Part shown: positions 56,236 to 64,000 of the stretch, piece after piece
Layout of the letters: every line of letters begins with the position of its first letter
How positions within the stretch are numbered: the first letter of the stretch is position 1
Origin: Chrysomallon squamiferum
Taxonomy: Eukaryota > Animalia > Mollusca
Assembly (NCBI GenBank): GCA_012295275.1
Contig: CM022673.1
Span: 620,001 to 684,000 of the forward strand
Direction: 5' to 3'
DNA: 64,000 nt
Notes under the pieces: model-generated
What the model saw: only the letters and a program-made list of their open reading frames with translations
Databases searched by the model: none
What the model was told of the DNA's origin: nothing
Translations under genes and position numbers: made by a program

Positions 56236-59200
56236 GGTAGTTAAAAATTGAATTATCATTATGTTATGTAATTCTTTTGGTGTTTACTGCAAATGCATGT
56301 ACGTTACATTAGTTCACTAATTGGACTACATATTAACTGAATTAAAAATTTCAGTGAATTTATTAAATTAATAATACAAAAATAAAAACTTCACAGAATA
56401 TATTAAATCAATTTTATAAAATTAAACATCTTCAAAGAATGACCCTTTGGTTGTTTGAAAGTTTTGGAATTTTTTTGAGAATTTGAACTTTTGAACATTT
56501 TAGAAGTTTGAACATTTTAGAAGTTTGAACATTATTATAAAGTTATCGTTTTCTAAATATAATAATAGTTAATATTTGCTAACAGACAGTAATTAAGATT
56601 TAAAATTTGAAATGAAAATTTATATCTAGTTTTAGAATTTTGAAGGTTATTATAAAGTTATGTTTTCAAAGATTAATAGTTGTTAATGTTTGTAAATTGA
56701 CAGTAATTAATGTTTTAAAAGGTGAATGAATAATTTATCTCTGGTTCTTGTCTCAAGCATTATTGGAAGATCATTGTAAAATATCAATTCATATTTTAAA
56801 AAGCTGAGATAAATGTTTTTATTAATTTACTTTAATAAATTACATCCTGGTAGTCTTAATTATTTATTCCCAAAATAATAAATGATTAAGTTTAACATAA
56901 CATAACATAACATTTATTACCATTCAGTAATTATTTATTTATTGATGTTTAATTCATTCCATCTATCTATTCATCCATCCATATGTCATACTTACATCAT
57001 CCATGCAATTAATAATCCTTCTAACTTATTATATATATATATATGAAGTTGTATGAGGTACTATTATTCATATGTGACATGTTAATGTTATTACTAGTAT
57101 TTTTGTTATTATTATTATTATTACTAATTTCTTTACAGCCCTCTCTTGGAGTGAACCGCACTTTAGATGCTAAGCTGTTTGTTCTCATAGGTCCTGTCGG
57201 TCCTTACTTCCCAACTGGAATGAAGCCTGTCACTTTGTTAGCAGACCCCCAGTATGTCCGAGCATGGCCAGGCAGCTGTGGTCAGTACAAAATGGGATCG
57301 TGAGTATCTTAATAAATCTGTAAATTAAAACTTTTGTCTCATTCATCAGGAAATTTAAATTTTTTTTTTTAAAAACCCACAAAAAAACACATCATAATAA
57401 TAATAATAAGAAGAAGTAGTAGGATATATTTATGCAATTAATGATCCCCATAAGTTTATAAACAATTAGTTTTTCATTCTTTTGGATTTTTAATATTCTT
57501 TTATATTAAATTAATTTAAATCATTATTATTGTTACTATAAATATTTTTTTAATTTTATACACATACAATGCACACACATACACATTTGTGTGCACACAC
57601 ACACACACACACACACAAAAATAAATTGGGATCAATTTCATCACTTGAATTCGAACATAAAAAGATGAATTAAAGATTAGAAATATGTAATTAGAAAATA
57701 ATTTTTAAAATTTATAAAATGTGTAAAATATATTTTAGAGACATTTAAATAACTGTCAAACATTTTCTGTACAGCAATTATGCTCCAACAATCTGCATAC
57801 AGGACATTGCATCGAAAGAGTTCCACTGTCAGCAGGTGTTGTGGTTGTTTGGTGAAAATCATGATCTCACTGAGGTAGGAACCATGAACCTCTTCATGTA
57901 CTGGACCAATGAACAAGGAGGTACGTCTGTGATCATAGTAATTTTACTTTTCAGGATAGATCCTGGATATCAGAAGAAAAAAAGGAATGCTGTTAGCACA
58001 TTTGTTGATATAATGTGTAATGTAAAACTAAAAAAAAAAAAAAAATATAATGATTAATTCAATTTAAACATGATTTTATCTAATAGATGTAACAAATGGA
58101 TATATTTGGAAGATTTTGCATAAAATGTCAAAAGCTTTTAAATTATGTATTCTTTCTTCACACTGTTTCATCATCATGAATATTAAACTGGTGTCAAAGA
58201 ATGTAATTAATATGAAGTATTAACAGATGAAACTGGTAATTAAAAACATCAATCCTGACTTCCATAAGATTATGTGACAGCATCATGCTTCCATAAGAAT
58301 CTAATATTTGATGACCATTACTGATACACATGTTATGGTGCTGTTAAACATTATTGTTATATGATTTTGTAGAAGAAGAACTGATCACACCACCACTGGA
58401 TGGTCTTATTCTTCCTGGAGTCACCAGATCCAGTTTACTGGCTGTAGCCAGAAAATGGGTAACCCCTCCTTAAACCTTTGGTCAAGTATAATATTAGTGA
58501 TATTAGATATTGAGGTAGGTAGGAAAATAAAAAGAACTGCTTTTAATATGACTTTTTGTATTTTTTCTTTTATACAGAAATTAATGCATTTATTAAATGA
58601 ATGCATGAAAACTAGTAAATGATGAAAAATATATTTTTAGGGAGAATTTAAAGTGACAGAAGCTCGATTCAACATGAAGCAGGTCATCAAGGCACTGAAG
58701 GAAAACAGAGTAAGAAATATTCTTATATCAAAAACTATATAATATTGTAATTACATTAAACAAAGACAATATAATTTCTATTTTTTTTACTCACCAAATA
58801 GAGAAGAATGTACTGTTACAAAGATAGTATGAAATAATATCTGAATTAACAGAATTAAATTATCCTCCTTATATTTCATAATTTTCTTTACAAATTTGAA
58901 AAACTATACTTTAATAAGGCTTCTTTTACGCATTGACATTTTTGTATGAGCGTTCCTGTTGTAATGTTTATAAAAATCCATTACAATATTCTCATGAAAG
59001 AAATGGTTTAATAATATTTTAATTTCTAGTGTTAGTAATAAAAACAACAAAAATATTCAACACTGTTATCATCTGTTAGGAAAGACTTTCTTGGCAACAT
59101 ACTGATTTAAGGATGTTTAGGCTTACAGTATCTGGATATTACTTCTGATAAAACCATTTGCAGGTTACTGTGCTTGCATGTAAGATTGTAATGTTATTTT

Positions 59201-60006
59201 TGATTTATAATTTAAATCTTAAATGATTATTTAGGTTTTTTAAATGAGAGAATTATATTGTTTTGAGGGGTTTTTTGATTGTTTTGTATTTTTCTTTTAA
59301 CAGTTTGTAATTTATGCCCCTTTCATTCTGTTTGAAAATTTAATTTATGCTTAAACACAAGCTTATAGTGAAATTTTAATATTTTTGTGATTAGGTTTAT
59401 GAAATTTTTGGTGCTGGTACTGCATGTGTAGTGTGTCCTGTTAGCAACATCATGTACAAGAATGAGATGCTGGATATTCCAACAATGAAAGAAGCAAAAC
59501 TGACAAACAGATTTTTAAAAGAGCTCACAGACATACAGGTAAATTAACTAATAAGCAACATCTAGACAAAAACAACAACATAATTTAAATAAAGCTAAAC
59601 TTACTAAATTGTTGTTATTAAAATACTGGTTCATTCATTATTCAATAAAAAAATGTATAGATGTATTAAGCTGATGTTTTTCTTATTACTGGCATTTTTA
59701 TTTATTTATTTTGTCTGATGATTACATCTTCTAAGAAATGGCTGTGAGTAAACAATGAATCAAGATTTTTATAAACTTGAAAAAGAAAAACAAGCAAAAA
59801 AATTCAATATATCTATAATTTATGTTCATGAATAATTTAAATTTAGTAATATTAATTTTCTATTTTCTATTATGTTACTAAACAAATTTGTCAATTGTTA
59901 TTATTATTTAATCAGTGGCCTTGATTTTGTTTATTATTGTTCTCTTTTTTTTTTCCTTCAGTTTGGTAGAATTCCTAGTGACTGGGTTGAGACAATTGAT
60001 GAGTGA
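48786..60006 (+). CDS. BCAT: Branched-chain amino acid aminotransferase, spliced CDS join(48786-48809,49671-49751,50262-50462,50788-50898,51715-51834,57139-57299,57775-57920,58373-58458,58641-58709,59395-59538,59962-60006), 395 aa
   Basis: Manual exon assembly gives one continuous frame with GT-AG introns of matching phase. It contains the BCAT motifs [53 protein letters not shown] (PLP lysine), [17 protein letters not shown] and [11 protein letters not shown]. Length is close to vertebrate BCAT1/2. Exons 1-2 are less certain than exons 3-11. Confidence 0.96.
48926..49103 (+). promoter_or_regulatory. Candidate alternative TATA promoter and first exon 1b in BCAT intron 1
   Basis: TATAAAAG at 48926-48933, TATAAAA at 48952, Inr-like TCATTC at 48976-48981, and donor AAG|GTAATT after 49103. 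Confidence 0.35.
49671..49751 (+). CDS. BCAT: BCAT coding exon 2 ([27 protein letters not shown]), mitochondrial-presequence-like
   Basis: Acceptor tttcttacag, donor AAA|GTGAGT, 81 nt, phase 0-0. The peptide is basic with no acidic residue and ends [10 protein letters not shown], similar to the RYASSSFK region of vertebrate BCAT2. Confidence 0.85.
50262..50462 (+). CDS. BCAT: BCAT coding exon 3 (FSDLQITL...LHYASE)
   Basis: Acceptor cttactaacag, donor GAG|GTAGGC, 201 nt. Contains [22 protein letters not shown] and GWGKPII. Explains ORF 50352..50561. Confidence 0.96.
50788..50898 (+). CDS. BCAT: BCAT coding exon 4 (LFEGLKAY...RAALP)
   Basis: Acceptor ctgaaag (less common AAG type), donor CCT|GTAAGA, 111 nt. 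Encodes [20 protein letters not shown]. Confidence 0.96.
51715..51834 (+). CDS. BCAT: BCAT coding exon 5 (NFDGVEL...[11 protein letters not shown])
   Basis: Acceptor tttgcttcag, donor TCG|GTAACT, 120 nt, phase 0-0. Confidence 0.96.
53470..53525 (-). mobile_element. Decayed SINE core fragment in BCAT intron 5
   Basis: The reverse complement of acagacaggaaagcacataccatgacctttttatacatcagttg aligns with the 37598 and 31601 copies. Confidence 0.5.
54765..54830 (+). other. Candidate 66-nt stop-containing (poison) cassette exon within an RNA hairpin, BCAT intron 5
   Basis: Strong acceptor tcttttctttgcag and weaker donor ACG|GTCAGG. GC/CpG-rich island in an AT-rich intron. Reads ATG ACG TGA in the BCAT frame, with stops in all three frames. 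Stacked helices span 54759-54847. Confidence 0.55.
56480..56745. repeat. 17-bp tandem repeat (tttgaacattttagaag) plus ~115-bp duplication in BCAT intron 5
   Basis: About 2.5 copies of the 17-mer from 56490. ttattataaagttat...gacagtaattaa occurs twice. Confidence 0.85.
57139..57299 (+). CDS. BCAT: BCAT coding exon 6 (PSLGVNR...QYKMG, includes the PLP-binding lysine)
   Basis: Acceptor ttctttacag, donor TC|GTGAGT, 161 nt, phase 0-2. Contains GPVGPYF and YVRAWPG. Explains ORF 57043..57303. Confidence 0.96.
57775..57920 (+). CDS. BCAT: BCAT coding exon 7 (NYAPT...QQVLWL...EVGTMNLF)
   Basis: Acceptor ttctgtacag, donor GAG|GTACGT, 146 nt, phase 2-1. Explains ORF 57836..58057. Confidence 0.96.
58373..58458 (+). 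CDS. BCAT: BCAT coding exon 8 ([18 protein letters not shown]...W)
   Basis: Acceptor attttgtag, donor TGG|GTAACC, 86 nt, phase 1-0. Confidence 0.96.
58641..58709 (+). CDS. BCAT: BCAT coding exon 9 ([23 protein letters not shown])
   Basis: Acceptor atttttag, donor AGA|GTAAGA, 69 nt. Confidence 0.94.
59395..59538 (+). CDS. BCAT: BCAT coding exon 10 ([16 protein letters not shown]...LTDIQ)
   Basis: Acceptor gtgattag, donor CAG|GTAAAT, 144 nt. Contains the GTA motif and the CXXC redox motif. Confidence 0.96.
59962..60006 (+). CDS. BCAT: BCAT terminal coding exon 11 ([14 protein letters not shown])
   Basis: Acceptor ttttccttcag. Matches the Q-(Y/F)G...SDW C-terminus of BCATs. The TGA stop is followed immediately by TAA. 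Confidence 0.94.
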   Translation, partial: FGRIPSDWVETIDE

Positions 60007-60790
60007 TAATCTGCGGTGTGTACAGTTGTTTAGTTTGTGATATGTACAGTTCTGTATTCTATAGCTGGTGAAACTTGGTTAGTCCACAAAACAGAAAGTA
60101 TCCTAGATTTTCATTCCTGAATGTCTTGTTTTACTGTGCTTACATGCAAACATACATCTAATCATTCACAAAATAGGCAGTGTATCAGCCAGGATACCCT
60201 CTGTATGTTTATCATCTGTTATCGGATGACCTACCCCCACTGCTGAATATAGTTTGTGTGAGCATTTTCCAGTCAATGACAATCTATATAAATTTGAAAT
60301 AACTAGAAAATTGTGTTTTTGATTTAGTTATTCAAGAGCATTTAATCACTTTGTAAAAGTAGTGTCCCTCTTGAACCATCATGATTCTACAAACATTTAT
60401 GTATCTTGCTTTGCTTTATATCTGTTATTTAATACAGATTTATTTGACAAAAGTCCTAAACTGGATGATTTCTTCCTATAAATCCTGGCTGATGCATTGA
60501 ACAGGGCATTTATTTAGAAAATATACCATGATGGCAATTATAAAATAGGTCTTTTTGTTTCTTTTTTTCTTTAAAAAAAAAAAATGATAAACTGAACTAT
60601 TTTATAAGAAAGAGAAAAAAAGAATAATTGTGGTTATATTTTTATAGTGTAAAATATCTTTATAATATTTATTTCCAGTAACTGTAATTTTGATATTTAT
60701 TAGAAGATCTGTTACTAAATGTTAAGAAATATAATGCTTTACAGAACAGTTTGTTTTTCACAATAAACAAATGGATATTTATTATAAAAC
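60007..60790 (+). other. BCAT 3' UTR (minimum estimate; may run several kb further)
   Basis: Follows the stop codon. The first AATAAA seen is at 60762-60767, with more at 61373, ~61766 and 63081. The real end cannot be fixed from sequence. Confidence 0.5.
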
Positions 60791-63700
60791 TATATATTTA
60801 CTATCCGTTAGGTAAATACTGTTATTTTTAATATTTTTAATATATTTATTTGCCAAAAAATTGACAATGTATAGATCATAATTTAATGAAATGTGGGTTT
60901 CACCTAATTTTACAGCATATATGTAACATTTATTTGTGGAAAAAATGTGAAGATCTCACTTAAGTAGCAAATATATTTTGCAAAAATATTACTCAAATAT
61001 ACTTGGTATCTGTGTTGAGAAAGATCTGATTATTTTTTTTATTTTTTACATATAGCTCTAATATTTATTGGTTATTTATGAACAAAAAGATTTTGAAATA
61101 TCTGTTCAAACATTTTAATCAAAAAGGTCTCCTACATATTATAATTCTGTAGATCTGAATCTGTCTTTATAAAATTATGTAATTTACTGTTATAATAACT
61201 TTTAGCTCTTCTGAAAATAGCATCTTATCAAATATATTTGTGATGTCAGGTGTAACTTTCCTGGATATAAATCTATAACCTCTTTTAAAATTTAATTCCC
61301 AATTCCTGATGGTTGGTTTAGTAGTTGCTAGTGCTGCTGTTTTTCTGTGTATGATTGCAATCATGCTGAATTAATAAATAGATGATTTATGTGAAGCATT
61401 AGCTTTGATCACAGGGTCCCTTGTACTCACATCCACCTTTACTTCAATCATTTATTTACATTTAATAGCCCTCCAACAGTAGATATATATTTACTTGCAA
61501 AAATTTGTGTGAATTATTTGATTTACATAAGGACAACAGCAAAAATAAGCCAATTTGTAGATTTTATGTATTGCAAAAGAAATGGAGGGAGAGTAGGTTT
61601 AGTGTTTTTTGCTTTCTTTCGAAAGGTGATTATATATGTGTTGTTTGTTTGTGTTTTTCTTATATTATATTTGAATAATCCGGTTTTATTTCAGTAATCA
61701 TTATTCTGTTTGATAGAAAATATTTGCATTTTACTAAATTAACTTTTGTCTTTCTCTTATTGTTTAATAAAATATATTTGTGTGTCATTTTGAAAATATG
61801 CATCTTTAAAAATCAGCATTAATAATCTTTATTCTTTAGTCAGTTGTTTATTTAAGAAATTATTGGTGCATAATATTTTTTTTCTTTTTAATTTAGATAT
61901 AAATACAAAGGATTTATTGTATTTCAGTGAATTTTTTTTATTTTTTACTGAGCTTTCCGTTTTGAGGATTTCTATGAAATGTGGCAAATGCCTGTAGTTT
62001 TGTGTTAGTAAAAAAAAAATTAAACTAAAATCTGGTCACTATGCAACAAAAGTTTTGCAAATTGTGGAAACAAGAATGAGATCTGACAGAGTACTCTATA
62101 CATCAGGTTCCCTGCTAGCAGCCTTTGTGAATTATGTCCATCTGTACTTATGATTTCAGAACAAAAAAATAAATAAAACAAAAATCATGGTTCAGTTCCT
62201 TACTGTATATACAGACACAGTACAGCTGGAAGAAAAAATTTGGGTAATACTTCAGAAACAAAAAAAGTGTTTGATCAAAACGTAATCTGCTCATAAGTAT
62301 AGAACTATCTATATTAATTATTCACAGATTGATTTATATATTAAATATATATTATTTGGTGGTTATTCTTCAACTACCTCAATGTTAGTGTCTCAATAAT
62401 AGATATTGGTGAATAGTGTGTTAACTTCAGTTAGTACCAATTTGTTTTTTTTTTATTTTAGGTTTTAAGAATAGTAATAAAGGTAAAATGCATTTTGGGA
62501 ATTCAAATGCACAAATCCTACAAATATTAGTGAAATTTTATATAAAATTAGAAATTACCATTTTTTCTATCAGTATGGTAATGATTATTTGTAAATAAAA
62601 TAGATTACAAATAGATTCTAAATGTCTTAGCCACAGTATAGTTGATAAAGATAATAACTAGCTATAATAAACTGTACTGTAGCTATCATATTTATTATCT
62701 GTATAAACATTATATTACTTATCAACAAATATCTGCACATTTACATGCAGTAAAGATATATCTAGCTACATTGGAAACTATTTTTCACGTTCTTTTATCG
62801 TTTTTTTTTAATTGCAGATATGGTATTCTTAGTCAGTGAGAACTGTAATCTAACACATTTAGAAATTATTAACTGAACCATATTGATGAAAATGTGTGAT
62901 TAATATTTTTAACTTATTAACTTTGATTATTGTGTTTATTTTCTATTAATTACAGTAATTTATGTTAGTATATAAATTTGGCCCGTTCTGACATTACTTT
63001 TCAGCAAATAATTTACAAAAACTTTTTTCCATACAGATTTTTTGTCTGTAACAAAATATTTTATTGTATTTTGAATATTTAATAAAGCATTTAATGTTTG
63101 TTAAAAGAATCCTCCTTTTTTTCTTGTAAATTCCATGTTAAATGTAGCATGTCTCATGAAATATTGACTTTCATTGTAAATTGTCAGTTTTTAATTTAAT
63201 GAAAATGTACTTGGCAATTGTTTGTGGTTGTTTTAAGCTTTTAGCAGTTATAGAGAAAACTTTTATCTTTATTAACATTTCAAAATGATTGGCACAAAAT
63301 AGTCAGTCAGGTGCATTTACACTGAAGAATTTATTGTCGTTATTCTTACATGTGATTGTGTAAAATGTACTTACATAACTTGAATGTGGCTGAACTAAAA
63401 CATTTCACCAACAATGTGAGGATCAATATTTTAAGTATAAACAGCTATACACAAAAGAATGTTAGGTAATTTTGTTACATCTTTTAGTATCTATGTATGT
63501 TGTGAGCTTCATTAATCAAATCTTAGTGTATAATATGGTAATAATTTTTTTTTTACCTTTTGTTGGCAGCTGTTATTTTTGAAATCAGTGTAATGCATTT
63601 AGACATATCTTTATAAGATTATTTTTTAAATTTTTATTATATACCATTTTACAGTTGGTAATTACCGTCTTGAAATAATGGAAATCCTAAAATTTATGTC

Positions 63701-64000
63701 TGTTTGCTGTTGGTCCCCTAAAATTATTACATTAATGTGCAGAGATGTGATTTGTTGCTGTTGACCAGTATCATTAGATCATAATAATAAATGTCAAAAT
63801 GATTTTTTTCTCTTCATCTCTTTATTTTACAAAACACAAAACTTTTATTTGCAAATAACTTCTGTGTATTTAAAATTAAACTTACATTTGATAATCAGAG
63901 TATTAAAACAAATATATTGTACATTTTGTATGGCTTTTTGTTCCATTTCATTAGAAGGTATGAAGCCAAACTGTCTCTTTTTTTTATATGCATATATATA

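Noticed and set aside
58200-58330. Possible box C/D snoRNA in BCAT intron 7 (AGATGA...CTGA...TGATGA...CTGA)
   Set aside because: Box C is imperfect, the terminal stem is weak, and I recognised no rRNA-complementary guide.

Overview
This is AT-rich eukaryotic (animal) genomic DNA with spliceosomal introns, many microsatellites and decayed SINE-like relics. The relics resemble, from memory only, a tRNA-derived SINE family of gastropod molluscs. The only protein-coding gene I can firmly reconstruct is an 11-exon branched-chain amino acid aminotransferase (BCAT, 395 aa) on the + strand at 48786-60006. All its GT-AG junctions are phase-consistent and the PLP fold-type IV motifs are intact. The first ~45 kb has no recognisable protein-coding exon. 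It looks like the 5' part and large introns of a divergent minus-strand transcription unit with a promoter near 45.1-45.2 kb, studded with ~20 higher-complexity non-coding islands resembling an enhancer landscape. The most interesting signal is a GC/CpG-rich 66-nt cassette in BCAT intron 5 (54765-54830). It carries an in-frame UGA and lies inside an ~89-nt hairpin that hides both of its splice sites, making it a candidate structure-controlled poison exon. Also notable are a cluster of miR-277 seed matches downstream of the BCAT stop and a possible two-promoter/skippable-presequence design at the BCAT 5' end. Almost all ORF-track entries are chance or microsatellite-derived.
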